A stretch of 52,197 nt of DNA, from IMG/VR virus record IMGVR_UViG_3300028025_003950, positions 1 through 52,197 of that record; one strand, written 5' to 3'. Under the pieces are notes generated by a model. The model was not told the origin of the DNA, made no database searches, and saw only the letters and a program-made list of their open reading frames with translations. Each line of letters opens with the position of its first letter. Within the stretch, counting starts at the first letter, position 1. Of the stretch, positions 28,240 through 38,231 are shown piece after piece. The position numbers and the translations under genes are program-made. Source of the DNA: a virus (taxonomy: Duplodnaviria; Caudoviricetes).

Positions 28240-28700
28240 TTAGCGCCAAAGATGCATTAGCTGCGATGGGGGTTTCTGTAGATGAAGCCATCGAAGCAGA
28301 CAAGAAACAGAAAGACAGAAAACCTAGAGACCCAAGAGTCTGTCTTTGTGGTCATGCAATCAATAGACACACAATTCCTGCTGGGGTTGTTTACTGTAAG
28401 CCATCTCAGTTGGACTGCGACTGCAAGAAGATTGAGCCTGTCATTGAGGTAGAAGACACACGGTTGTTCTTGAGAAAGACTAACGGTGCAGGACTTGAGC
28501 ACGCCTTGATTCGTGGAATGAGTGCTTTGGCTGATGCAGGTAAGGAAGCCAAGTGGCTGGTGCCTATTGAGTGCGCCAAGTGCAAAACTACTGAGGGCAG
28601 AATAATGCCTGCTCCAATCAACATCTCTTCATTGACTGTTGCTAACGAGTCAACTGGCTATAACGCATTGTTGTGCCAAGACTGTATTGCGGGGCTCTAA
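28236..28700 (+). CDS. Cys-rich Zn-binding hypothetical protein
   Basis: CLCGH..H..C..CDC; CAKC..CQDC. Confidence 0.65.
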   Translation: MISAKDALAAMGVSVDEAIEADKKQKDRKPRDPRVCLCGHAINRHTIPAGVVYCKPSQLDCDCKKIEPVIEVEDTRLFLRKTNGAGLEHALIRGMSALADAGKEAKWLVPIECAKCKTTEGRIMPAPINISSLTVANESTGYNALLCQDCIAGL

Positions 28701-28999
28701 TGAAGAACTCATTGACGACCAACATTACTGAGCAACTACAACAAGTTGTTCAACGTGGGGAAATGACCCCTGAAGCTTTCTTGGCTGTGACCCAAGTTGT
28801 GGAAGCAAATACCAATAACTGGATTGACGCCAAGATACAAAAGCTGGAAGAGATGATTCGTGAGTGGGAAGTAAGCATGGATGATTCTGACAAGACTCTC
28901 TACTCTCTAGGACTTCGTAGAGCTGTCGATGTTATTCGTGAGCAGACTGCCTATTCACAACTTCCGATTCTTGAAAAGCCAGATACACCAGATGCGTAA
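28700..28999 (+). CDS. Hypothetical protein
   Basis: TAATG coupling to the upstream gene. Confidence 0.55.
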   Translation: MKNSLTTNITEQLQQVVQRGEMTPEAFLAVTQVVEANTNNWIDAKIQKLEEMIREWEVSMDDSDKTLYSLGLRRAVDVIREQTAYSQLPILEKPDTPDA

Positions 29000-29118
29000 T
29001 CGAAAGATACCTGTTTTGACGAAAGAAGAGTGGGCTGTTCAGAAGGAGAGGCAGAGACTAATCATGGAGCGCAAGAAGAAATTCGAAGAAGCCAAACGAG
29101 CGAGTAAGGTTCAGATAA

Positions 29119-29313
29119 ATGCCGTACAACCTTAAGGGAGAGTTAGTCAATCGGTGCAACACCCATGGGAACAAGATGATTTACAAAAACCATGGGACGC
29201 TACTTTCGGTCATCTTGACGACCCAGCAAGAGCAGGGCATCAAGTTGACTTGGTACAAATGTGAAGTCCATGGTGGCTATCACCTGACCAAATGGGAAAA
29301 CAAGAAAGACTAA
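29119..29313 (+). CDS. Small phage protein with Y.C..H..YHLT motif
   Basis: Motif common in actinophage small proteins. Confidence 0.55.
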   Translation: MPYNLKGELVNRCNTHGNKMIYKNHGTLLSVILTTQQEQGIKLTWYKCEVHGGYHLTKWENKKD

Positions 29314-29314
29314 A

Positions 29315-29563
29315 ATGCAAGAGCCTAAACTTCATTTTGATGGAGATGTATCGTTCAATATCAGACAAGTCCATTGGGATGGGAAGTTCTCCCATTGGGA
29401 GGGTGAACTCGTCGTCAAAGGTGAAACCTACTGTGAAGCAACCGCTCCAACTTTTTGGGGAGTAAGTGATATCCTGACGGAGTACATCTTTGAGCAAACT
29501 GTAAAAGATGACCTTCCCGTTTTAGACCACAACTGGTTCAAGATGGATGCCAACGATAGATAA
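29315..29563 (+). CDS. Hypothetical protein
   Basis: ORF in operon. Confidence 0.5.
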   Translation: MQEPKLHFDGDVSFNIRQVHWDGKFSHWEGELVVKGETYCEATAPTFWGVSDILTEYIFEQTVKDDLPVLDHNWFKMDANDR

Positions 29564-29577
29564 GAAACAGGGTTCCA

Positions 29578-29799
29578 ATGTACGAATACTGGTCATGGTT
29601 ACTAGCTGTACTTGGCGTATCTGGAATGTACTTTGTTGGAAAGAAGACTGTTTGGGGATGGCTGGTTCTACTGGCTAACGAAGTTATTTGGGTTGTCTAT
29701 GCCCTAGTCACCAACCAATATGGATTCATTTTGATGGCTATCGCTTATGCCATTGTCTATATCAAAAGCTACCTTGAGTGGCGAAAAGCGGAAATCTAG
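29578..29799 (+). CDS. PnuC-like small membrane protein
   Basis: WSW.L...G..G.Y..GKK..WGW...NE..W..YA..T.QYGF pattern, 3 TM. Confidence 0.65.
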   Translation: MYEYWSWLLAVLGVSGMYFVGKKTVWGWLVLLANEVIWVVYALVTNQYGFILMAIAYAIVYIKSYLEWRKAEI

Positions 29800-30004
29800 A
29801 AACACTTTTTTGTTCATCTTTTTGATGTTCCGTCCGAAACTCTAGACCCCTGATTTCCACACGGAAATTGCCCTTTCCAGATTTTGTTGTTTATGAAAGG
29901 GGGTAAATATCACGCAACTTTTTCAAAAAATTCGTCCGACAATGCCTTACCCTAGTGGTACTAGGTAAAAACTATCTAGCCCTCGAAAGAAGGACGAAAA
30001 CCGA

Positions 30005-30310
30005 ATGAACAAAGCAATGCTCGAGTCGTACCTCCGCAACCTTGCGGGTCAGGTTATCGGCGCAGTAATGATTGTCAGCCAGACCTCTGGCATCTCATCC
30101 CCACTCGACTTCTCAGGAGCCGAATGGCTTCTAGTAGCCAACGCCCTCTGGGCCTCCCTTGTTCCTGTAGCCCTTCGCTACATCAACAAGCAGGACCCTG
30201 CGTTTGGGCGTGTCGCTGAAGTAGCGGCAAAGGAAGTTACCAAAAAGTTATCCACAGCTGCCGCGAGCGCGAAGAAGCCTGCAGCCAAGAAGACCGCAAC
30301 AAAGAAATAA
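30005..30310 (+). CDS. Putative holin
   Basis: AML.SY.R, two TM helices, LRY.N..D.AFG, basic tail. Confidence 0.65.
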   Translation: MNKAMLESYLRNLAGQVIGAVMIVSQTSGISSPLDFSGAEWLLVANALWASLVPVALRYINKQDPAFGRVAEVAAKEVTKKLSTAAASAKKPAAKKTATKK

Positions 30311-30381
30311 GTTATTTGGAAGTGGGGCCTTCGCGGGCCCCGCTCTCCATAATTTTTACCTCACCGACATAGGAGAAAAAG

Positions 30382-30576
30382 ATGGCAATGAGTATCGCAG
30401 AGGCCCGCGCCCACGCTGACAAAGAATTGGCACTGCGTGCCGAAATCAAAGAATTCACGGACATGCTCTCAAACCAGGACTACCGCACCAAGGTAGAGAA
30501 GGCGGCTATCAGTGCGGCCCTCCAGGAGAAGCGTCAAGAATTGAACGACCACCTCGCCCTTGCTGCTGAAGCTTAA
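30382..30576 (+). CDS. Hypothetical helical protein
   Basis: AGGAG RBS. Confidence 0.55.
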   Translation: MAMSIAEARAHADKELALRAEIKEFTDMLSNQDYRTKVEKAAISAALQEKRQELNDHLALAAEA

Positions 30577-30586
30577 GAGGTAAAAA

Positions 30587-31588
30587 ATGTCCGAGCTGAC
30601 TCCCTTCGATGAACCGAAGGAAGAGGAAGACCTCGAACCCGCACTTGATACTCCCTTAGACCTGCGCCCCGACCTAACGGCGATTGGCCTGGTCGAGATG
30701 GAGCGCGGCGTTGTCGAGGACACCTACGAGAACCGCCAAGTACTTCGCGGCGCGTTAATGAACTGGGACGCCGTCTATTCACAGACGGGTACCCCAACTG
30801 GACTTATTGCGGCTCGCTCGCAAGAACAATCTAAAGAACGGCGCGTTCTTTCCCTAACGGAAAAGAAGCCGCTGCTGACGGACCCACTTAACAACAACTC
30901 TGATTACATAACGGGCCTTGACCTGCTGGTCGACGAAACGGCGTGTCGTATTACACCACCTTGGGTAATCGGCGCGACTAAAGCGTGGCAAGCGGAACAA
31001 GCGGCTGGCGGCCCGAAGTCGGACAAGCGAGCGCCTGCCGCTCTGCCTCACCGTTGTCGGACGGTAAAAATTGACGGCTTGCGCTGCATGCTCTGGTCAT
31101 CGGGACGGTTGAAGGATGACGGCTTGTGCCGCGTCCACCTCCGCACCCAACGGAAGCCTGGCGAGGATGTCGAACGCGCTCGCAGGAAGTTAATGCAATC
31201 TGCACCTTACGCAGTTGATGTGATGGAAGAGCTTATGGAGAACGCGGTGTCAGAACCCGTGCGTCTCAAGGCGGCCTCCGAAATCCTTGACCGTGCTGGT
31301 GTGAAGGGCGGCTTCGAGTTCGATGTCAATGTAGAAGTGACGGATGGTCGTACCCCAGCTCAGATTGTGATGGAACGGCTTAACCGTTTGAAGCAAGGCG
31401 CGGAAAACACAGCTCAGCTCCTGGCGGCCACGACTTCCATACAAGATGCGGAAGTTATTGTTGACGCCGAGCTCCAGGAAGACGACGAACAAATTTTACC
31501 TGCGGCGAGCGCCGAGGTAAAAAATACAGGCGAAGACGAATCCGTCGAGTCCCAGGAGATAACAGCGGAGGAGCTCGAAGAGCTATGA
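30587..31588 (+). CDS. Putative terminase small subunit-like protein with CCCH Zn motif
   Basis: RC....DG.RC..GLCRVH followed by A..AV..M.EL..VRLKAASEILDRAG helical motif and acidic tail. Confidence 0.55.
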   Translation: MSELTPFDEPKEEEDLEPALDTPLDLRPDLTAIGLVEMERGVVEDTYENRQVLRGALMNWDAVYSQTGTPTGLIAARSQEQSKERRVLSLTEKKPLLTDPLNNNSDYITGLDLLVDETACRITPPWVIGATKAWQAEQAAGGPKSDKRAPAALPHRCRTVKIDGLRCMLWSSGRLKDDGLCRVHLRTQRKPGEDVERARRKLMQSAPYAVDVMEELMENAVSEPVRLKAASEILDRAGVKGGFEFDVNVEVTDGRTPAQIVMERLNRLKQGAENTAQLLAATTSIQDAEVIVDAELQEDDEQILPAASAEVKNTGEDESVESQEITAEELEEL

Positions 31589-31794
31589 TGACGGTAGAAC
31601 AACTTATCGAAGAGGCTGCACAACTTGCGGCGCGGTTGCAGTCGGACATCATTGAATGCCGAACCCGTGACGAACACATCCGCGTAACGGCACGGGCGAA
31701 TGAAGCGGCGAATCTGCTCAACGGCTTGAAGGTGTTGCAACTAGAGGCAACGGAACCAGTCCGCAACATAAGCGGCATGGGATTTATAGATTAA
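31585..31794 (+). CDS. Hypothetical protein
   Basis: ATGA coupling. Confidence 0.55.
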   Translation: MMTVEQLIEEAAQLAARLQSDIIECRTRDEHIRVTARANEAANLLNGLKVLQLEATEPVRNISGMGFID

Positions 31795-31833
31795 TTACAA
31801 ACTATGCTAATGCTTAGCATAGTTAGTAATTAA
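31791..31833. repeat. AT-rich 20-bp-arm palindrome
   Basis: TTAATTAC-A-AACTATGCTAA-TGC-TTAGCATAGTT-A-GTAATTAA. Confidence 0.85.
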
Positions 31834-31939
31834 TGGTTTGTCAAGCGGCAAGGAGATACGGCGTGCCTAAGTCAAACGGCAAGTGTGACCAAGAGGAAGA
31901 CCCAACGGATTGGGTAGACAGAATGGATGACATGCTCTG

Positions 31940-32068
31940 ATGGAACAAGTACTAACGGATTGCTTCTGGTGCGGCGAGTCCTACGAACTCGGCGTGCACC
32001 AACGGTGCCCGAAATGTTCAACGGACATCAACAGCAAGGCTGCCGCAGCTGACGGCACATCCAAATAA
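31940..32068 (+). CDS. 42-aa Zn-ribbon microprotein
   Basis: MEQVLTDCFWCGESYELGVHQRCPKCSTD... Confidence 0.55.
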   Translation: MEQVLTDCFWCGESYELGVHQRCPKCSTDINSKAAAADGTSK

Positions 32069-32549
32069 CTTTCCCTCAAGCGGCCTGGTCCCTAAAGTTC
32101 CTATCATAGAATCTGCCGTACAAGGTTAGAACTAAGTCTGTTCACTAACGGCCTGTGGATAACTCACGGCGGAGCGGCGAGCTCAGCTCGTTACCAAACA
32201 TCCAAATAACTTTTACCGCAGCGGCCAGCTCACCAGGTGGAACGGCCAGAGTTCAGAACACGTTCTGAAGTTGGCGGCCAGGTAGCCAGAAGCAAATAAC
32301 TTTAACGGCAAGCTCCAGAGCTACAGCTGTCTGGATGACGGTGAGTTGTTTGGATGTTGGACTCAGCGGCCCGCGTTTGCTGCTTGACAGGACTTGACAC
32401 GGTGAGTAGGATAGGTTTCTCAACACGGAGCGCCGAGAAACTGAAGAGCGGCTCGCCCGAGAAGCGAATAATTTTTAAATCACTGCAGCAGCTGGAAAGC
32501 TACCCGCCAGTAACTTGACAACGGGTACCCTTCGCTCTATGATAAAAAC

Positions 32550-32858
32550 ATGATTGAATTATTAATACTCTGGAACGTAGCGGCGGCTCGAGCTGACCAT
32601 GGGTCGGAAGACACTGACGCGACGACGGGTGTCATCGTTGTCTGGGCACTGCTACAGATTTTGCTGTGGCCGATATCGATGTGGCTTCTGTTGTGGAAAC
32701 GGTTCGGAGTTGAGTGGGGCTGGGCCCTGGGCATCACCAGTACATTCACATCCCTGGGAGTCTTCATAGCTCAAGACAGCTTCTACTTAGTTGTTGGGAT
32801 GTTGGCGTCAGTGGTGGCCTTTAGCCTCATCGCAAAAGAAGTCGTGTCGGATAGTTGA
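32550..32858 (+). CDS. Multi-TM membrane protein (leaderless)
   Basis: TTGACA..TATGAT-6nt-ATG; hydrophobic. Confidence 0.6.
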   Translation: MIELLILWNVAAARADHGSEDTDATTGVIVVWALLQILLWPISMWLLLWKRFGVEWGWALGITSTFTSLGVFIAQDSFYLVVGMLASVVAFSLIAKEVVSDS

Positions 32859-32883
32859 CATTCATACATAAAGGTAATACAAT
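32855..32883 (+). promoter_or_regulatory. Near-consensus sigma70/sigmaA promoter
   Basis: TTGACA-17nt-TACAAT. Confidence 0.85.
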
Positions 32884-32911
32884 AAAAAAATAATGACGAA
32901 AGGATTCCAAG

Positions 32912-33145
32912 ATGGAATTTAGAGAACTAATCCTTCTAGCAGGTGGCGTGAGCCTTGGCTTCGGACTCGGCCTGCTGGTATACGCAGTACACCGTATCCG
33001 TGAGACACGGCATGCACGCTGGTTCCGCAAGAGCGACAAGCGGTACGCAGACCTCATTGCAAAGATTAACCGTGATGAGAATGCAATGCGGGCACGGGTA
33101 GATGAGTTGACTTCACTTAAGGAGGAGTATTCAAATGTTAAGTAA
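32912..33145 (+). CDS. TM plus coiled-coil small protein
   Basis: GACGAAAGGA RBS. Confidence 0.6.
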   Translation: MEFRELILLAGGVSLGFGLGLLVYAVHRIRETRHARWFRKSDKRYADLIAKINRDENAMRARVDELTSLKEEYSNVK

Positions 33146-33326
33146 CGGCACGGTTGCTGAGATGGTAGCGCTACCCGACTGCGACTTCGGTTGCGGCGAG
33201 ACGGCACGCTATGACGCACAGACCAAGATGGGCCCGTGGGCCTATATGTGTCAGAGTTGTTTTGATGTCAACGGACCAGGCAAGCTTGGTATCGGCATCG
33301 GACAAGAGTTGAAGGTGGTGAAGTAA
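33135..33326 (+). CDS. Small Zn-binding phage protein
   Basis: CDFGC...YDA.T..GPWA.MC..C..G..LG.G.GQ motif. Confidence 0.7.
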   Translation: MLSNGTVAEMVALPDCDFGCGETARYDAQTKMGPWAYMCQSCFDVNGPGKLGIGIGQELKVVK

Positions 33327-33871
33327 AAATGCGTGGATACGTTGAGTGGCTGGAGGACACGGCTCGGGATAAGCCCGAAGACTGGGAACCAACCGCAGAG
33401 GAGTTCACGGAAGCGATGCTTGAGAAAGCTGACGCAGCCAGGGACTAAGTAAAAATTTAACGGCTCGCCAATAAGCACCTGCAGCGATGGGACTTGGCGG
33501 GTCGTTTTTCATTGACGGGGTAAAATTTTAAAATGGACGAGAAGAAGCGGGAACGCGAGCGCATCAAGCGGATGACTAAAGGCGTGCCTGGAAATTATGT
33601 GCAGAACCAGAAGTTCCAGGTATTTGAAGACCGCCGCACAAAGCGGATGCGAACCAGGGAAGTAAAAAATCGCACAGCCATTGAGGAACAAACTCCAGAG
33701 GAGTAGTTCGTTCAGGTCAGCAGGTTTCCTGCACTAACTTCACAATAACTTTTCTTCTTTAATTCCAGGGCCCCCTGGACATCAACGACACGCCGAATAA
33801 AACAAACTTGACTTGTTTGCAGGAAAATGTAATAATAGTTTCATCATCAACAAACGACGAAAGGATTCAAG

Positions 33872-33955
33872 ATGGATTGCAGTTGGTGCGGAGATGAAAT
33901 AGAACCAGGCATCTATGAGATTCATAAATGCTTAGAAGAAAACGACGAGGAGTAA
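33872..33955 (+). CDS. 27-aa CxxC/HxC microprotein
   Basis: Directly after AACGACGAAAGGA; MDCSWCGDEIEPGIYEIHKCLEENDEE. Confidence 0.5.
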   Translation: MDCSWCGDEIEPGIYEIHKCLEENDEE

Positions 33956-33957
33956 AA

Positions 33958-34296
33958 ATGAAAGAAGCACTAGAAGTAGTTGCAGAAAGCGACTTGGAGT
34001 TCTATCTTGAAACTGCAAGTGGTATCGCATTCGACACTTGCCACAAAATCTATGTTCTTATGGATGACGAGCAAATGGCACTAATGCGCCAGTATGGATA
34101 CGACTCACTAATCAGTTCAGATGAAATGTCTGCCGAGCAAATGTATGAAACAGTTTCGCAGTGGTATGAAGACTCTTGCGGACTTCGATTCATTCAGGCA
34201 GTAGAAACAAATCACGAAAACCCAAACGAAGGCTTCACAGACATTGTTGCTCAAGGCGCAGACTGGGAAGACGAAGACGAAGATGGGCAGGAGTAA
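33958..34296 (+). CDS. Acidic conserved phage protein
   Basis: IAFDTCHKIY.LMD..Q..YGY, W...SCGLRFI. Confidence 0.7.
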   Translation: MKEALEVVAESDLEFYLETASGIAFDTCHKIYVLMDDEQMALMRQYGYDSLISSDEMSAEQMYETVSQWYEDSCGLRFIQAVETNHENPNEGFTDIVAQGADWEDEDEDGQE

Positions 34297-34298
34297 AA

Positions 34299-34457
34299 AT
34301 GGAAAAGTTTATTGTGAGGGCAACCCTCACTAAAGATTATGAAATTGAAGTCGAAGCAGAAGATGCAATGAAAGCCATTGAGTCTTTAGATGAGTGGATT
34401 GCAGATGACTTCGAGGACTTCGAGGTCGGCGCTCGCTGGGACTTTGAGGCAAAGTAA
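34299..34457 (+). CDS. Small acidic protein (DpnD/PcfM-like pattern)
   Basis: F.V......YEIEVEAED...A. Confidence 0.55.
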   Translation: MEKFIVRATLTKDYEIEVEAEDAMKAIESLDEWIADDFEDFEVGARWDFEAK

Positions 34458-34577
34458 TGAGCAGACAATGTTGTGAGCACGACGCTCACGAAAACTATTG
34501 CGACTGCTGTATGAGTAGTTGCAATAACTGTTCAACTCTAGTATGATAAAAACACCCAAACGACGAAAGGAAAACAA

Positions 34578-35318
34578 ATGCCAAACTGGGTATTCAACAG
34601 TGTAACTGTTACTGGAAAAGAAGAAGACCTCCGTAAGTTTATGGAGAAGGCTGGAAAGTCTTACACGACTTACTACAAAGGCGTGCGGACACAGAAGGAA
34701 GATGGCACTTGGACTTATGATGCCGAGGCTGTTGATGAGAAACTTCACGAAGCCCCTATTTCATTTATGAACTTTCATTCACCTGAAGATGTAGATGCTT
34801 ACTTCAGTGCGAGTGATTACAAGCCTGAAGGCTACGACAAGATGAGCACCGAGGAACGAATGGCACACGCTATGAAGTTCTCTAGCGACGGATGGTATGA
34901 CTGGAATGTCCGTGAGTGGGGGACGAAGTGGGATGCTTGTAATCCTGAAGTGACCAATGGCGACCCATCATCAGGCTCTCTTGGTTACCGCTTTGATACG
35001 GCTTGGTCTCCTGCTGAAGGTGCGTATCGCAAGATGGTCGAGCAACACCCTGAACTTGAGTTCGAGTTCTACTGCGAAGAAGAACAAGGCTGGGGCGTGG
35101 AGTTTGCTGGCGAGAACGGCGAGTTCTCTATGACTAAGGAGTGGGACATACCGAACTCACATCAGGACTATTTAGACCTTGATTGGGAGTGCCGTGCTTG
35201 TGAATACTTCTCAGACTCAGGCGACCAAGACGACCTTTACGACGACTGCCCCGACAACAAGAAGGCAACGGAAGAAGCCGTCCAACAGATGGAGGACATC
35301 TCGGAGTTGATTGGGTAA
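34578..35318 (+). CDS. YubB/DUF1281 (Api92-like) ferredoxin-like fold protein
   Basis: MPNW..N, WYDWN...WGTKWD, FDTAWSP motifs. Confidence 0.85.
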   Translation: MPNWVFNSVTVTGKEEDLRKFMEKAGKSYTTYYKGVRTQKEDGTWTYDAEAVDEKLHEAPISFMNFHSPEDVDAYFSASDYKPEGYDKMSTEERMAHAMKFSSDGWYDWNVREWGTKWDACNPEVTNGDPSSGSLGYRFDTAWSPAEGAYRKMVEQHPELEFEFYCEEEQGWGVEFAGENGEFSMTKEWDIPNSHQDYLDLDWECRACEYFSDSGDQDDLYDDCPDNKKATEEAVQQMEDISELIG

Positions 35319-35320
35319 AA

Positions 35321-35458
35321 ATGAAATACCAAATGACCAAGACCGAAACTTATTACATTGAGGCAGGCTCGGAGCAGGAGGCATACGACCTCCTCAATGA
35401 ACTGGACAACGGCTCGGCAAGCCGAGTGGATGTGGAAGCCAAAGAACTAACGGAGTAA
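35321..35458 (+). CDS. Small acidic protein (DpnD/PcfM-like pattern)
   Basis: MKYQMTKTETYYIEAGSEQEAYDLL... Confidence 0.5.
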   Translation: MKYQMTKTETYYIEAGSEQEAYDLLNELDNGSASRVDVEAKELTE

Positions 35459-35549
35459 AACTCACGGTGTGGAGGAGGGGGCGAGAGCCCCCTTCTTTAC
35501 GGCGAGCGCAGGTAAAAAACAGATACACTAGGAACGGAAGGAGATTCAA

Positions 35550-35819
35550 ATGACCGAAGTAAAAAATACACAAGAGGTAGTCCGTAAGCTGAACTACTTT
35601 GCTGAAGACGGTAACTACGGTAACGCTGATGGCCTCACCATTATGGAGACCACACATTGGGACGACATCGACTGGGCAATCATTGAGAGCGCTTCGGATT
35701 GGGCACGTCCTGAGGTTGCTCGTGTTCTAACAGAGTCTTATGAACCTGGCGCAGATGAAGCTGCGCTTCGTGCCAAACTTGACGCCCTGGGTGTAGACCT
35801 GACAGAGTTCGAGAAGTAA
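35550..35819 (+). CDS. Acidic hypothetical protein
   Basis: YFA.DGNYG.A motif; AAGGAG RBS. Confidence 0.6.
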   Translation: MTEVKNTQEVVRKLNYFAEDGNYGNADGLTIMETTHWDDIDWAIIESASDWARPEVARVLTESYEPGADEAALRAKLDALGVDLTEFEK

Positions 35820-36011
35820 AAAACTTCGGTAGGTTTCTTCGTCGTTTCCTACCGAACACCGACCTGAGCATGTCGAGACAAAAAGGCTCACTTTTCATTT
35901 CTGCGACACGCCGAAAAAGATTTTTGCAAATGGACTTGACAAGTGCAGAAAGATGATGCAATACTTATCTCAATGCCAAGACAGGCAGAAACGACGAAAG
36001 GACAAACCCAA

Positions 36012-36464
36012 ATGGGAGATAGAGCAGTAGCAGGTTTCAAGGCAAAGTCTGAAACACCAACAATCTTTTTGTATCAGCATTGGTCTGGCGAAGGACAAAA
36101 TCGCTGGTTCGCTGAGGCACTAGAGGCAGCACGACCACGCTGGTCTGACGACTCTTATGCAACACGCATTATGATTTCGCAGTTAGTTGGAGACCAATGG
36201 AATAGCGAAACTGGATTTGGTTTGTATGTAGGTGGCACTTCACATGGTGCTGACTACCACTACATCTTGATTGCAGATTTCGAAAAGCAAATGGTTCTCA
36301 TCGCTGAGAACGATAACTCAGACAATGTAGTTGCAGAAATCAGCTTCGACGATTACATCTCTAACTATGAGGTGCTCGTGCCGAACTCAACAATGGAAAT
36401 AAATCAAAAGAAGCATGAGGAGTTCATCGCTAAGTATCCTGAACTTGCAGGTGCTTTCTCGTAA
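36012..36464 (+). CDS. Conserved actinophage hypothetical protein
   Basis: MGDRA, LY.HW.G, ARPRW.D.SYATRI motifs. Confidence 0.7.
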   Translation: MGDRAVAGFKAKSETPTIFLYQHWSGEGQNRWFAEALEAARPRWSDDSYATRIMISQLVGDQWNSETGFGLYVGGTSHGADYHYILIADFEKQMVLIAENDNSDNVVAEISFDDYISNYEVLVPNSTMEINQKKHEEFIAKYPELAGAFS

Positions 36465-36580
36465 TCAAATTGTTATCTAGAGGGGGGTGTTTGGATTTGA
36501 CATCTTCCTGCACTCTCCTCTATGATAAATCTATAACTAAATAAGTCCTAGCAGACACCCATAACCCGAAAGGAAACAAG

Positions 36581-37033
36581 ATGCTAGATGCAACAAAAGA
36601 TGTGCAAGGGATTGCACTTTATGCGGAGTTCCGCAAACCTGGGGCGATGATGCAAATCATCATCACACCTGATGGCTATGCAGTAGATGGCAAGGAAGTT
36701 CCTGCCTCTTTGTATCGTCGAGTCACTACCCCACTTACTCCAAAGAAACAATGGAGAAGTTCAAACCTTTCATGGCGTTCGATTACTGACCTAAATGGTG
36801 AGGCGCTCGCAAATGCTATGAAAGATAATTTCACAGAGAAAAGATTGAGTTTTGCAGTTCAGTTGTTCGATGGCATCAAAAATGGTGGCTGGCTAATGAC
36901 TAAAGAACCAATCCTCGTCGAGACTTCCAAAAAAGATTTGGACGATGTGAAACTTGGAAAGACACCCAACAAGATGCTTTATCGCATCAACCAAACTAAA
37001 ACAGCACTTGGCTTTCCTGCCGAGATTGCATAA
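36581..37033 (+). CDS. Hypothetical protein, co-transcribed with the MoxR ATPase
   Basis: First gene after promoter cassette. Confidence 0.65.
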   Translation: MLDATKDVQGIALYAEFRKPGAMMQIIITPDGYAVDGKEVPASLYRRVTTPLTPKKQWRSSNLSWRSITDLNGEALANAMKDNFTEKRLSFAVQLFDGIKNGGWLMTKEPILVETSKKDLDDVKLGKTPNKMLYRINQTKTALGFPAEIA

Positions 37034-37049
37034 CAGGGAGAAGTAAAAA

Positions 37050-38084
37050 ATGGAAACTCTAAAAGAACGCTACGCCGAGATTGGCGCAGGATTTTGGGAC
37101 ACAGTAATAGATGTTGTCTCGCAGGTTGCAAATGAAGATGCTTCGGTGCAACTCAATGCAAAGGTGACTCCAACTGGTCGCTATGTTGCTCGTGCATCAG
37201 GTGCAGAGCGTGCGCCTCGTAAGCGTGCAATAGATAACGCAGTTGCAGTTGAAAACATGGAAGGTGAAGAGGCTTACCTTCGTCCAAATGGCACTAAGTA
37301 TTTTGGTCGCAAGTGGGGCGTTCACTCAGATGTTCTGACTCTTCGCAAGGCTCGTGAAGCAACTGCAAAGGTGTTCGCAGGTTCTGCGGGCTCTCCAATG
37401 TTTGCACTTTTGTATGGCGCTCCAGGTTGCGGTAAAACTGCACTTGTAGAGGCTGCTTATTCAGATGTCTACACCTTGATGGGAACTGGCGATACAGAAG
37501 TTGCCGACATGATTGGTGGTTATGTTCAGACACCTGCTGGTGGTTTCGAGTGGGTTGATGGCGACTTGGTAAAAGCTGCCGAAACTGGTGGCGTGTATTT
37601 CATTGACGAGATTGGTTTGATTGACCCTAAGGTTCTTTCAATCGTCTACGGACTAATGGACGGACGCCGTGAACTTACAATCACAGCGAACCCTGAACGA
37701 GGAACTATCAAGGCTCACCCTGAGTTCTTTGTAGTCGCTGCAACTAACCCAAACGCACCTGGAGTTCGTTTGTCCGAGGCTCTGCTATCTCGTTTCACCT
37801 TGCAGGTTGAAATGACTACCGATTGGGCGCTCGCTCGAAAGATGGGCGTTCCTACTGCACTCGTCACAGTTGCTCAAAACTTGGCAAAGAAACAACTTGC
37901 AAGAGAAGTTTCTTGGTCTCCTCAGTTCCGTGAACTAATTGCTTTCCGTGACATCGCAGAAACTTTTGGAACTGACTTTGCTATTGCAAACCTTCTCGCT
38001 GCTTCGCCTGAGTTAGACCGCCCGATTGTGGCAGATGTCTTGACTCGTGCGTATGCCACCGAGTGCAAGCCAGCGAAAATCTAA
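37050..38084 (+). CDS. MoxR-type (CbbQ/NorQ/CobS-like) AAA+ ATPase
   Basis: GAPGCGKT Walker A, FIDEI Walker B, AATNP, LSEALLSRF. Confidence 0.92.
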   Translation: METLKERYAEIGAGFWDTVIDVVSQVANEDASVQLNAKVTPTGRYVARASGAERAPRKRAIDNAVAVENMEGEEAYLRPNGTKYFGRKWGVHSDVLTLRKAREATAKVFAGSAGSPMFALLYGAPGCGKTALVEAAYSDVYTLMGTGDTEVADMIGGYVQTPAGGFEWVDGDLVKAAETGGVYFIDEIGLIDPKVLSIVYGLMDGRRELTITANPERGTIKAHPEFFVVAATNPNAPGVRLSEALLSRFTLQVEMTTDWALARKMGVPTALVTVAQNLAKKQLAREVSWSPQFRELIAFRDIAETFGTDFAIANLLAASPELDRPIVADVLTRAYATECKPAKI

Positions 38085-38231
38085 CCTTCCCTGTTTAGGT
38101 TTTCGTTGAGGGGGAGGGGCTTCATGGGTGTCGCCCCTCTCCCACCCCTTACTTGACACCCAACAACTTTTCATTATAGAATTGCAATACTCGATTGGAC
38201 ACCGAGATACAAACTGGAAGGAAGTAAAGAC

